A stretch of 64,000 nucleotides of DNA, from NCBI RefSeq assembly GCF_964204645.1, contig NC_134031.1, positions 7,750,001 to 7,814,000 on the forward strand, given 5' to 3'. A model generated the notes under the pieces. That model saw only the letters and a list, made by a program, of their open reading frames with translations. It did no database searches and was not told the origin of the DNA. Positions 14,501-26,472 of this stretch are shown here, in pieces. Position numbers and translations under genes: made by a program. This DNA is from Tubulanus polymorphus. Taxonomy: Eukaryota; Animalia; Nemertea. How positions within the stretch are numbered: the first letter of the stretch is position 1; each line of letters opens with the position of its first letter.

Positions 14501-17500
14501 CTACAACTTTGCAATTGATTGTGGTATTATGGTCACGGCCCCGTGGGGGATTCAAATATATACGAAAGATCAAGGTAATTGATTTAAGCGTCTTCAAAAT
14601 TTCCCTCAAAAAGTGTAAAGTGCTGATTTTGACGAACAACAATGGCTGCTAGTCGGCCATCTCGATTCTGGCAGGGCCAGTTTTGGGCTGAAGATGTGTC
14701 TAGGGTAGATACATATATAGACTGAATATCAAGACATTACCTTGAAGCGTCTTCAAAACTTCCCAAAATAACTGGATTCCGTCTACGGAACACAATCGCA
14801 CGCAAGAAATAGTGGAAACCGTCCAAACAATATCAACAAATTTCCCTGTCTTTACCTGGATTTTCAGCCTTATTCTACAAAACTCCCTGAGTATTCCCCG
14901 ACTTTTTGATTTCTAGTAGGTAATGGATAAACTGTTAAATCAATTTATTGTTTATGACTGCCACCTGCATTGAACTGACTTTTTCAATTCACTGCTTTTA
15001 CTGCTCAACCCTGAAAATAATCTCTGCATTTATCAGAAGTTTTTTGATCATCAATCTGATCACTGGAACCAGTTGCAGTCACCGCTTAAGAACTAAAACC
15101 AAGGGCCAGTTTTATAGACTGGTATTATCTTTAACCTGGTGGTTAACTGAATTAAAACTGAATTGAGCTAAGCCCTAGGTTAAAGGTAGTACCAGTCTAT
15201 AATATAACCGGCCCAACAGTATATCTACAATCAGCTTAGTTTTATAGCTTATCTAACAACCTTAGACCAAGTTTTCTAAAACTAGATTTAAGGCTACTTT
15301 TGAACATAAGTCACATCCGTGCACCTGGGCCCAGAAGATGTTTTTGGTGGCATAACCAAACTCAGAAATTGAGGCCAGTCTTCAGATTCAAATCGACTTT
15401 TTATCTAGATTAACACAAGGCTCAAGATTCAGACAAGTCCATTAGGAGGCTAAAAACTGAAATATTATCTTAAACTTCTTTTATTTTTCGAACTGAACCG
15501 TAAGAACAAGGCTTCCAGTTTCGGCGGAAATGATTTTTTTACCTTGGTAACGATAAGTGACATTCAGCGTTCCACATATAACCGCTGTATATTCATATTC
15601 TCCATTCGCTTTCTTTTTACGTTTCACTTTCATCAGTAAATTAGTCGATGGATTTCGTTCAGCCCAGCACGAGTTGCAGTAAACATCTTTAGGTCGCCAC
15701 TTGAGTTCCATTCGCTGGGACGGAGATCTATATGTCTAAAATCGAAATATGATCTTAATCATCATCAATAGCGGTAAACAGATGATTGTTACTCAATGGT
15801 TAGGTCTAGTGTATCTTCACGATCTTTTTACACACTGATATCCACCTATATGAGCTGATTCTACTGTTATTATATTAGCTGAAAACAATTATTAATTTTA
15901 CTAACTATTAATTCAATTTAATCTACAAATGTGGGATTTTACATTTTTATCAATTCATCGCGTATATTGTGATACAGGGGAGTCACTTTAATTTGACTGT
16001 CCTTTTTCCCTGACATGCCATTGTTTTCCTTGACTTGATCTGCTAAGAATGCAATCAATTAACACAGTCAAATAAGACATAAGCGAACTGTTTGAATTTA
16101 CGCGCGATATAGCAATCTCAGTGAATTTTCCAAATATTACCCTGATTTTTAGCTTTAGAAGGGCCATATACAAAATTCCGCCTTTTTAAAAAGAAGTATC
16201 CCTAATTACCAGGTAAGTGGCCACCCTGTGATTCATGATTCCCAATGACTTTGCCCTCAAAATGAGGGTCGAAATTAACCTTATAATGAGCACTTTCGCC
16301 CTAGACGTTGTTTGAGGAACGACGGCTAGGTACTAGACTAACTTTGCCCCAAAAATATTTTTCAAGCATCTACACCATTAGCACCTTATAACATTACAAC
16401 AAAGAAATGAGTTTTTTAGGGTTTTTTTAAGTGAAAAATATTTTCTCTGATATCGTCACAGAAGGAAAATTCATGGTTGTTGCTTCAACGTCAAACAAAA
16501 AACAGAGCATTGTGAAAAAGAAAAATACGTTTTTAAGTAGGGGAGGTGAATAGCTTGTCAAAATGAAGGGACAAGTTGTCCGTAATTTGGTACGAGACGA
16601 GTTGACGACCTGCGCTACTGTGCCAGCCGATGATAATAATCAATGAGCTTGAAACTCACTACAACCATATAGTCATGACCTACAACTTTGCAATTGGTCT
16701 AGGTATAGTCTGAATACCAGTCGTTGTTTCCGGTTCCCTGCAACGTCTGACGCTAAAGTATCATAGAAAGGTTAACTCCCGTTAATTGCAATGCAACAAC
16801 TGATTTTAGTATCAAATCAAACCTTTATACTCAAATAAATCAATTTTCTATCTTGTTGACATAGAAAACGAGCTTTATAATAATATTTTTGATGATTTAA
16901 ATCGCGAACCGTAGAATTTATTCATATTTGATTTGAATTGATTGCCACAATCGAGATTTCCAATACGGACTAAATTAATAACATATGAAAATTCAATATA
17001 TCTCTCTAAAATAACTGTAAATGTTATTTTTTGTTGATAAAACGCATAAATTTTGGTAAATTTTATCTTAAGAATTTGAAACAAGAATAATATCTGCATT
17101 GGCATCAATGTCAGTCCAAGTTCAAGTCTGAATCCGTAATTTACACTCCCATCATGCAACACGAGAAACTGTCATATTTGTTATGTTGCTTCACTTCAAC
17201 TATTTTTTGAGGCGACTAGGCAAAAGTTTTGAGTTACTACGATCGTCAAAAGCTACTTCGGATTACAAATTTATGCACACACAATAGTCAACTTCCACCT
17301 GATTACAGAACAGTCAGTTTGAGGTAAGCTGATGGTGTTTTAAGGGGTGAAATAAACGCTCAAAGCCTCATCCCTCAAAATGCGGGACGAAAATTGACCT
17401 TATATGAGCACTTTTGCCCTAGAGGTTGTTTGTGGAATGACGGCTAGGTACTAGACTAGTCTAGGTAAGTCTATAGGGTCTACGTCTTCTAGGTTTCGCA

Positions 17501-20500
17501 AAAGATCAAAAAACGACATAGTTCTGGGCACTGAGTCCGTAAACGGAGTACGATAGCTCCAGTTACGGAGGACAGTTAGCGCATGCACAATACTGCCGGT
17601 GTGTGGGATCTGTTTAACTACTTATAGCTTTAACCTATCTAACCCTATTATAATGCCTCACCTAACCCCCTAATCCTAACCCTACACCTAACCCCAATCG
17701 CAACCCTTCGAACCCTCTAGACCCTAAATCCAAATATGTAAAATATGACTCCAGCAGGCATTTATTACTGATATAATATGATTTTAAGTGTTAAAATCAA
17801 TAAGGAACAAATAAATTTCATGTCATCTCGGTTGATCTCGGTAAATAACGTCATCTCGGTTATAAGGAGGACCGATTTTCTTTACTACGGATTCTACAGA
17901 AACTGAACCGAACACGGCCTACTTTCGTTTTCCAAAGAAACTTGCCACAGTAAGCACACCGATAAATGATAAGCAGGTGTTGCACATGTCGGCCGGAAAT
18001 TGTACTATAAAATATTTTTATGATTTCAAGTGTTAAAATCGATAAGGAATAAATAAATATGTTATATTTCATGTCATCTCGGTTGATCTCAATAAATTAC
18101 GTCATCTCGATAATGAGGACCGGCGGATTGAAAAGATCATTTACCGCATGATACAGTAGAATTCTGACTTGCAATATTGGGATTCGAAGGGCCATCCTTA
18201 TTACCGAGATGACGCAATTTACCGAGATGACATGAAATATAACAAATTTATATATTCCTTATCGATCTTAACACTTGAAATCATATTATATCAGTAATAA
18301 ATACCTTCTAGAGTCATATTTTTCTAGATATTTTGTAAAAAAAATTCGGTTAGCAATAAGATTTCGTTGAATTTGATTGATTGACGATCTCATCTCGGTA
18401 AAGTCAAAAGTTATTTTTCTACAAAAATATCTGACAAAATATGTAAAATATGACTCCAGCAGGCATTTATTACTGATATAATATGATTTCAAGTGTTAAA
18501 ATCGATAAGGAATAAATAAATATGTTATATTTCATGTCATCTCGGTTGATCTCGGTAAAATACGTCATCTCAGTAATAAGGATGACCGGATTCGAAAACT
18601 AAACTAAACTAGGGGTCCAGGGACACCATGCCCACTTGGGAAGTGGTTCCAAATGCTCAACAATCTAACAATTTCAATATTCAACGCCCCCTGGTGACCA
18701 TATACAGAATCCAATGACCTTGAAACTCACCACAATCATAGAACATGTCACGAACTATAACTTTGTAATCGATCATGGTAACAAAATATGCCTAGGTACC
18801 AATATAATAAGGAAATACTAAGTTATTCTACTATTCAACGCCCCCTGGTGACCATATACATTAACTAATGTCCTTGAAACTTGCCACAATCAAAGATGAT
18901 GTCATGAGCTACAACTTTGCAATTGATTGTGGTTACAAAATATGCATTGATACGAATATAATATAGAAATACTAAGATATTGCATTATTCAACGCCCCCT
19001 GGTGGCCATATACAATAACCAATGACCTTGAAACTCACCACAATCATAGAACACGTTATGAGCTACAACTTTCTAAATAATTGTGGTAACAAAATACGCT
19101 TAGGTATCAAATACGCTTAGGTACCTGTCTCAGGTATAAAACATCCCTTTCCAAAGAATACCCATCACAAATTGCAATGAGAAATGATAAACCAGTAGGA
19201 AGCTACAAGGCCAAAATTAACATTTTTGGGCACTAAAAAGGTCATAGGACGGCCATCTTGAGTCCGATCGACCCAATTTTTTTTATGCTGATGGGCCCTG
19301 GGGGAATTCACATATATCCGAAAGATCAAGGTAATTGATCGAAGCGTCTTCAAAATTTCCCTCAAAAAGTTCAAAAATGTGTAAAAAGTGCTGATTTTGG
19401 CGAACAACAATGGCTGCCAGTCGGCCATCTTGAATCTGACAGGGCCAGTTTTTTGGGCTGAAGATGTGTCTAGGGTAGATACATGTGTAACCAAAATATC
19501 AAGACATTACCTTGAAGTGTCTTCAAAACTTCCCAAAATAACTGGATTCCGTCTACGGACGGACGAACGAAAAGTGAACGCAATAGCCCGCTGGGACTAA
19601 AGTCCCAAGTGGGCTAAAAATCATAGAGTGCTTTACCTGCTGAACCACCACACGACTGGAGGTTGGGTGAGAATTTATATATAGCCTCACCTTACCCTAA
19701 CCCTATTCTTTCACGCATGCGCGTACGTAGATATAGTGCAGATTCCCCGTAACCTTAACTGGAGCCAATTTGTTCCATCACAGGCACTTGAATATGGGCT
19801 TTGACCTTGTTGGTGTGTTAAAAATGATTAAATTTATCGTAATCTACAATAAAAACACCAATGGGATTGCCATCTTAATTATCCATGATGCAACTGTTTT
19901 ACCCATGATCCAATGCGCATCCCTCGTCTAACTATACTATACAGAAAGGCTGGAAACGCTCCTATCTCCGTAATGCTTAATTCTACCCACAAACACCGGG
20001 ACAGATGACGTCACAGCAATCCCGAAGAGGCATCAGGAATTTTCAAAAATCAATTTTGTTGCCAGTTAAAATCTTTAATGGAGCTAAAACAGTGTCAATG
20101 ATTCCAAAAAAATCATCTACAATTGAAATTATGAGCGCTCCTTATATTTCAGGATTACATTTGACACTAAGGACGTACTTCGGCAATCATCGGCAGTGTT
20201 CAGATGTCCCGTTAATGGGTCATCCTTATTACCGAGATGACGTATTTTTACCGAGATGAAATGAAATATAGCATATTTATTTATTCCTTATCGATTTTAA
20301 CACTTGAAATCATGTTATATCAGTAATAAATACCTTCTAGAATCATATTTTACATATTTTTTTGATAAACAAAAATTTTGACTTCAAATACGTAAACTCG
20401 GTTAGCAATAAAATTTCATTGAATTTGATTGATCGACGATCTCATCTCGGTAAAGTTAAGTTATTTTTCTACAAAAATATCCGACAAAATATGTAAAATA

Positions 20501-20949
20501 TGACTCCAGCAGGCATTTATTACTGATTGATATGATGTCAAGTGTTAAAATCGATAAGGAATAAATAAATATGTTATATTTTATTTCATCTCGGTAAAAT
20601 ACGTCATCTCGGTAATAAGGATGACCGCCGAGCGGGTAGATTAAAGCATACGGAGATAGGATCGTTTCCAGCCTTCCTGTATAGTATAGTTAAACGACGG
20701 GCGCGCGGGTATGACTGCAGTTTAGGTGTCCCTAATGGTTATGTACCTAACCTTACCATTCCATATGAAAAAAGACCGGGTCGGGAAGAAAAGTGTCAAA
20801 CATACTTTTGAAACTGCAGTTTCTCCACCTAACGTTTCCAAGACTTTGTCAACATTTTTAACAATCCCCGGATATTCAATGTTCATATATCGCTTTTGCT
20901 CTATCGGAACAGATAGCCGTTCCTGCTGTTGTTGTCTATCTTGTTCCAT
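8338..20949 (-). CDS. GTF3C5: General transcription factor 3C polypeptide 5 (TFIIIC63), coding exons 1-7: 20806-20949, 15543-15735, 13873-14023, ~12935-13008, 11099-11241, 9955-10162, 8338-8513; remaining exons lie left of the window
   Basis: Spliced translation contains IEYPGIVKNVDK.LETLGG, MELKWRPKDVYC, GLLDFQY, LYLPPQFFSR, MFEKRPIWSK, SYFMCTGPWRMMWIRHGYDPRKDPSAKIYQTIDFR and KRSAFHY, all resembling Tau95/GTF3C5. GT-AG boundaries and phases are consistent; the exon 4 donor is uncertain. Confidence 0.93.
8648..9799 (-). mobile_element. Non-autonomous Helentron (HINE/DINE-1-like) with internal ~155-bp tandem repeats, copy 1
   Basis: Minus strand: TTTTAGCCCACTTGGGACTTTAGTCCCAGCGGGCTA hairpin, (CCGT)n microsatellite, four CAACGCCCCCTGGTG repeat units, 3' subTIR CCCAAGTGGGC, terminal ...CTAGTTTT. 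Confidence 0.8.
9955..10162 (-). CDS. GTF3C5: GTF3C5 coding exon 6
   Basis: MFEKRPIWSK...GPWRMMWIRHGYDPRKDP...QTIDFRFRQ, ttccag/gtatgt boundaries. Confidence 0.95.
11099..11241 (-). CDS. GTF3C5: GTF3C5 coding exon 5
   Basis: ttgcag|RHKRSHYTQLV...VERAKA|gtaagt. Confidence 0.8.
11934..12111. mobile_element. Tc1/pogo-type MITE
   Basis: TA-CAGTGTAACTCGCTTAATT ... AATTAAGTGAGTTGTACTG-TA. Confidence 0.7.
12935..13008 (-). CDS. GTF3C5: GTF3C5 coding exon 4 (donor position uncertain)
   Basis: CDTPSQYMYRPEPK resembles the LD.P.DY.YRP motif; acceptor phase fits exon 3. Confidence 0.75.
13873..14023 (-). CDS. GTF3C5: GTF3C5 coding exon 3
   Basis: LLDFQYMPM...LYLPPQFFSR, AG/GT flanked. Confidence 0.9.
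14046..14790 (-). mobile_element. HINE copy 2 (internally deleted)
   Basis: Same ends and repeat units as 8648-9799. Confidence 0.78.
15543..15735 (-). CDS. GTF3C5: GTF3C5 coding exon 2
   Basis: tttag|TYRSPSQRMELKWRPKDVYC...YRYQ G|gtaaaa, 193 nt. Confidence 0.9.
17735..18587. mobile_element. Cluster of GGTCATCCTTATTACCGAGATGACG-TIR MITEs (complete copy ~18190-18587 plus two partial arms)
   Basis: Long inverted arms; GGATTCGAA repeated on both flanks; another copy at 20218-20626. Confidence 0.72.
18606..19620 (-). mobile_element. HINE copy 3 (three repeat units); further fragments at ~10290, 11360-11900, 12110-12480, 57400-57660, 62600-63150
   Basis: Near-identical to 8648-9799 including both termini. 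Confidence 0.8.
20218..20626. mobile_element. MITE nested in the TIR element
   Basis: GGTCATCCTTATTACCGAGATGACG ... CGTCATCTCGGTAATAAGGATGACC; absent from the sister copy at ~39390. Confidence 0.8.
20806..20949 (-). CDS. GTF3C5: GTF3C5 coding exon 1
   Basis: MEQDRQQQQERLSVPIEQKRYMNIEYPGIVKNVDKVLETLGGETAVSK, then GTATGT donor, phase 0. Confidence 0.88.
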
Positions 20950-21206
20950 TATATGTTTTTGAACATTTCTAATTTTTAAGCACTGCGCAGCACAGGACGT
21001 GGAAGCTGCTTGAGCGCCAGGTGCAGCAAAATGAAAACTCGACATCTGTTATGCACGAAATGTCAAAATTCATTCATCGCGAAAATGCGGTTTCTTAGGC
21101 TTATATGGTTTTGCGACATCGTGATCAAAGGTAAAATCATGTCTTATCTTGAAATCGTGTTCCATTTTATCGTTTTTGATCATTTCTATGTCAGCACTGA
21201 GCAACA

Positions 21207-22098
21207 TGTGGCGTGGAAGGTACGGAAGCGGCAGCTCTGCGAACAAAATGAAAACTGGACATCTCTTAAGGACGAAATGTCAAAATCCAATCGGGTCCAA
21301 TCGTCCTTAACCTGAAGGCGACCAACAACTCGGACTCCTTCGTTCTGGGTAGCGCGTCCTTATCGGTTCCAGAGTTGTTTCCGAAACTGGTCGAACTGAC
21401 TTGGACTCAGATATCCACTCAATAAAGACATAAGACCGTTATTTGTAAAACGTGACGATGCCATGTTTATTGCCTCAACAACGCACAATTTATAATTGGA
21501 ATGTTGCTCGCTACTCGTGCTCACTCATAATACTTGTAATACTTTTAATACTTGTAATACTTGTAATACTCGTGGATCCCTAGGATAAGGTCACAATATC
21601 TCACTAAAATGACGGCTCGTCAGCCTAATCATGTTCGACTAATATTTCGTACGAAATGTGGTTAACTCACGCTAGGAAAGAACATATATAAGAGGAGAGA
21701 GGGGGAGAGGTACAACTGTGAAATGAAATAAATAAAAGGCTTGAGTCTGAAGCGGAAATGTCAGTGACGATGGACAGATCCCAATATCTTAACCCCGGCC
21801 ACAGGGCCGACTCGATAACACCTCCTCTTGAACTACCACTACAGGGATGCTTCATCTTGGTTGGAATTCGCCTTCACTGGTGGTCCGACGCAGGGACTGA
21901 TCAGTTCCCTGGCCCTCCATTCATTCTTCGGGACGCTCATCTCCGGTCCTCTTAGGAAGTAACACATCAAGGGAAGACTTGGTTTCGACCTGGACTACCA
22001 CTGGCAGAATGGCTAATCGTCACCCGACAAATTCCGAGACTCAAGAGGTATAGTTAAACCAACGAATTATAATGCAATTAGAATGGTACTCTCACACC
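21207..22098 (-). repeat. Probable 3' LTR of the Gypsy element
   Basis: Purine tract AGGGAAAGG then TGTGAGAG (~22098); TATA-like at ~21685, AATAAA at ~21468; ends ...GCCACA at 21207. No second LTR is available to confirm the bounds. Confidence 0.55.
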
Positions 22099-22321
22099 TT
22101 TCCCTAATATAATAACTCGAAAAAAGACCGCACGCAGCTTTGCTTACGGGTATAAATGCACAAAGCCTATTGACGGCACCCGACTAAAATAATAAAGGGT
22201 TAATTCTACCCATATGATATATACGCGGATTAACGTGAGAGGTAGCCCGAACGGTTAGATCCGGTAGGTTCATAATTCTAACGGCCAGACGGCTAAACTG
22301 CATGATTGTCACAAGTTTAAA

Positions 22322-23415
22322 CTAGACTAGCTCGAAATATGAGCGACTGGGAGACTGAGAGGAATAACCCTCGCCGTGTCCCAGTCCCAGCATCACAATG
22401 ACAATACTTAATACTTTGCAATTTAATACTAGAACGGTCGATCGTCGATTGATAATACTATACGAGATATAGGACGGATAGCCCCGATTAACACAGGAAG
22501 GATTAAGGTCGAGGGGGGATGGATCTAGCGACAGGGTCGGTACCCGGCCAGCCTGCAGTCTCTGCAGAATCTCATCCTGCTTTCTCTTGTTTTCCAATCT
22601 ACTCCTTTCCTTCTCTCTCTTCGCCCTCTCCTCTTCTTCCAGTCTTCTCCTTCGCTCCTGCTGCTTACCCCTCTCCTCTACTACTTTCCTCCGATGCTCC
22701 ACGTATTCTGCGTTACGCCATTCACGACTGGCCGCCGCGATCTGTGCAGCCCGCTGGCCCCACGTTTCTTTTTCTCTCTTCCTCGTCTCCACTTCCGCCG
22801 TTTTCTTCTCGACTACCGTCCGCACGCATCCACCGATCCTCGCTCACTATCGCCATCTCCTCCATGATCTTCCCCACTTCACTCACACCGCCTTCCACAC
22901 CGACACACTCTCCCGGACCTGCTCCCTCCTCGCTCCTACCAGTATTCACTTCCTCTTTCTCTGTATCTTCGCTTTTAGTTACTTCCTCCTCTGTTCTCTC
23001 TTCCAATAGCTCCACTTCTACGCTCTCCAGCTCTTCAACTATTTTCTTTCTCCTTCTCACACTTCTCCTGGCTCTCCTTGCTCTTCTCGCTCACTTTCTC
23101 TCTACTCTCCTTCTCGCTTTCCTTCTTTCTCTCACTCTCATCTCCGCTCTTCCGCTTCTTCGTCAACGGCTCCCCGGTACTCTGACGTCTATCGGGCGTT
23201 CAGTCGCGAATTGGGACCTCGACGACCTTCACCGTGGTGTGGCGCCGTCCATCATTATGATCTCGACGAGCGTGGCGCCGAATTGAATCTGCCCGTGGGC
23301 CCACAGGTCGTACGCTTGTACGACACCCCTCCCGGGGAATGCAGTCACATTTTTCCTGATGCGACGATAAATCCGCAAAATAATCATGGCAACCGTGGCA
23401 CTTCTGTCGTGTCCT
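22322..23415 (-). pseudogene. Extra Gypsy ORF between pol and LTR (Cys/His motif + E/K/R-rich coiled coil), frameshifted
   Basis: Acceptor TTTTCTTTTCTTGCAG at ~23416-23431; CDC..EGC...RADSIRRHARRDH, then fragments 22722-23060 and 22322-22825. Confidence 0.55.
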
Positions 23416-23448
23416 GCAAGAAAAGAAAATGGGGTTTGGTTGGTTTGG

Positions 23449-26190
23449 TTATATAACAGGTTCCCGTTCCAGCCTAATGATACAAAAATGAGTTGTTCCG
23501 TCGTTGCGAAGGAACACGTGAGCTCCTCCTCCGAGTAGTACTCCTCCGCTACAATAAGCGTCAGGATTCAGACCCTGGTATTGAGTTCCCACGTATGGTT
23601 TGAGTCGGTCGTAATGAACTGTTTTAGGGACGTTGTTGGGCACGTCCTGTATTTCATATACGGTTTCTGAGTGTCTCTGTAAGATGGTGTACGGTCCGGT
23701 CCACCTCAACTAAAACTTCCGGGAGGAATCGCAGCCCGTTATCTTCGGCTGATACAGCCAGACAGGATCTTGGGCCTCATAGGGTTTTCCGTATCGCCGT
23801 TGGTCGTGGAGATTCTTCTGACGAAGAGTATTCTTTGCTAAAGCTTTCCGGGCATCACGGTGCGCCGTCTCCATTCTTTTCCGAAGCTGACTGACGTACT
23901 CGGTGGCGGACGGATAGTTGTCTTTAGGTGGAAGACCAACTACGAGATCTACAGGGTGATCCACCTCCCGTAGCAGCATCAGATAGTTCGGAGACGCTTC
24001 GGCCGTGTTATGGCGGGCCGCGCGATAAGCCATAGCGGCAAAAGGTAACTGTTAATCCCAGTCGAAAGGATCGTCGACGGACATCAGAGATAACATCGAT
24101 ATCAGGCTGCGGTTAAAACGCTCGACCATCCCATCACTATAGGGCCTGTATGGAGTAGTACGGGTTTGTTTGATACCGAGGAGAGTGCAGACTTCTTTGA
24201 AATGTTTGGATTGAAAATTCGAACCCTGATCGGTGTGAAGCTCACGAGGTACGCCAAAACGGCTGAAAAATTCCGTCACTAGTTTGTTAGCTACCGTCTC
24301 GGCGTCCATGTTGGGAATAGCGTAGCATTCAACCCATTTGGTAAAATAGTCCGTAGCAACGACGACGTAGATGTTGCCGGCTGTGGTCTCTTGACGGGGG
24401 CCCATAATATCGACGGCTATACGCTCCATGGGTGCTCCTACGTTGTAGATCTGAAGTTCAGCCTGAAATTTCATCGCTGGGGATTTCTTCCGAGGACAGA
24501 GCTCACATTGTTGCACCCATAACTCAATAGCTTCCCTCAATCCAGGCCAATAGTACCTATGTTGCAACTTGAGAGAGTTTTCTCGATCCCCTGGTGTCCC
24601 CCAGTCCGAGCTGAATGGTGTTGGTAAAAAATAGTACGGCGAAACTTCGGCGGGACAATCAGCTGAGAAAATCCACCCTCCGATCTACACTCCCTGAACA
24701 GAATACCGTCGTTGAACGAAATGAGTTCCCACTGAGCCCAATATCGTTTGGCGTTTTGTCGGAGACGTCTCGCCAAGGTGGCTTGGGGTTGCCGGCCATC
24801 AGCCCGTCGATCGCCCACTCCAGGTCTTCATCAGTTCGCTGGGCTCTCTTGAGCTCTTCCAAGTCCCATGTCTCATCCAGTTGAGATTCAACGGTGCCCT
24901 CTTCGATCACGTGTATGTACTCTATCTTATCACACTGCTTACACGGCATCCTCGATGCCGTGTAACCCGTCAGCGTTACCGTGTATTACTCCTGGACGGT
25001 GTTCAATCTGGAAGTGATAAGTCGACAAGGCTTCCAGCCATTGAGCAATTTGCCCTTCGGGTTCCTTCAGATTCATCAGCCAACGAGGGGCGCTGTGATC
25101 GATACCGATGCGAAAGTTCTGTCCATAGAGGTAGTGCTTGAAATGCTTCACAAATAACACGACAGCTAGTAAGTAGTTCGCGCCGAGTCACGCAGTAGTT
25201 TTGTTCCGCGCGGTTAAGCGTACGACTTCCAAACGCGATCGGTCGCACCTCGTTCTCATGTATCTGACTCAATACTCCACCGATAGCAAAGGCACTAGCG
25301 TCGCAATCCAATACATACGGGTCCGTGACATTCGGGTAGGCTAAAATAGGTGCGTCGGTCAACTTCTCCTTCAGCTCCCGGAAAGCTTGTTCCTGCTCAT
25401 CGCCCCAAATAAAATCCTGGTCTTTAGCCGTGAGTCTATGTAGAGCTACCTGCGATCTTCGCGAAACCGGCGACGAATTTCCTGTAGTAAGTGACAAGGC
25501 CCAAGAAACTACGAACCTCCTTGACGTTTTTAGGCGTTAGCCAATCCCGTATACACTGGATCTTGGACAGGTCCGTCTGTATGCCCTCGTGACTCGCCAC
25601 GTGCCCGAGAAAAACTACCGACTGGAAAAGCGAGCACTTGCGGGGTTTAAGCTTGAGTCCGGCTTCTTCCAATTTACTGAAGATTAGCCGTTCGACCATC
25701 TCTTTCACCGAGCTACTAAACACCGACACGTCATCGAGGTACATTAAGCTTATCTCCCATTGGAGGCCAGTTAGTACCATTTCCATCAATCTTTCGAAAG
25801 TTCCCGGAGCTCCGGACATACCGAAAGGAAGTACAGTGAATTCCCCCAACCCACTCTGAGTTATAAAGGCGGACTTCTGCTTCGCATCATCGCTCAACGC
25901 AACCTGCCAATACCCGCAATTAAGATTAAGGGTGCTGAACCAGACGGCTCCTCCGAGACATTCCAGCGAGCGATTGACATTCCAGCGCCATGCTTTCGAT
26001 GGTCGTAATCTCATTAAGCCGACGATAGTCCACACAGAAGCGAGTGCTTCCGTCTTTCTTGGTTACCAATACGATCGGGAACGACCAAGGGGAGCGGGAC
26101 CTCGTGATCAAACCGCGGCGATGCATGTCTTCAATCAAATTTTCTGTCTCTTTACGCTAGGTTAAGGAAGGAAGTCTCGGCGCCTGTCGA
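23449..26190 (-). pseudogene. Ty3/Gypsy pol (RT, RNase H, integrase, GPY/F), many frameshifts and stops
   Basis: SPWSFPIVLVTKKDGSTRFCVDYRRLN, LPFGMSGAPGTFER, YLDD, LDCDASAFAIGGVLSQ, GHQG, IAVDIMGP, TDYFTKW, HTDQGSNF, GMVERFNR, WTGPY. Confidence 0.95.
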
Positions 26191-26355
26191 ATTGGTAAAA
26201 TATTATAAAACATGGCGGATTATCGAAGTGGGAACAACGTATCGCTGGTGAATTATTATATATTTATCCATTATCAAAGCCCATATTCAAGTGCCTGTGG
26301 TTCCATCCATCCATGGCAAGAAAAAAGACCGGGTCGGGAAAAGTGTCAAACATAC

Positions 26356-26472
26356 TTTTGAAACTGCAGTTTCTCCACCCAACGTTTCCAAGGCTTTGTC
26401 AACATTTTTAACAATCCCCGGATATTCAATGCTCATATATCGCTTTTTCTCTATCGGAACAGATAGCCGTTC
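26356..26472 (-). pseudogene. 5'-truncated duplicate of GTF3C5 exon 1 with intact donor and ~45 bp of intron
   Basis: ERLSVPIEKKRYMSIEYPGIVKNVDKALETLGGETAVSK|gtatgt; 3 amino-acid differences from the 20.8 kb copy; native ATG missing. Confidence 0.9.

Larger units (their letters stand above)
19779..26299. mobile_element. Non-autonomous TIR element (P-element-like termini) carrying 5.5 kb of extra sequence including GTF3C5 exon 1
   Basis: TIR CACAGGCACTTGAATATGGGCTTTGA at 19779 and its reverse complement ending at 26299; 7-bp TSD GTTCCAT at 19772-19778 and 26300-26306. Confidence 0.88.

Noticed and set aside
17630-17730. (TAACCC)-like repeats suggesting interstitial telomere
   Set aside because: Short and degenerate; a common internal motif of small non-autonomous elements.
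22519-23286. 255-aa Ser/Leu/Pro-rich plus-strand ORF
   Set aside because: Antisense shadow of the purine-rich Gypsy extra ORF.
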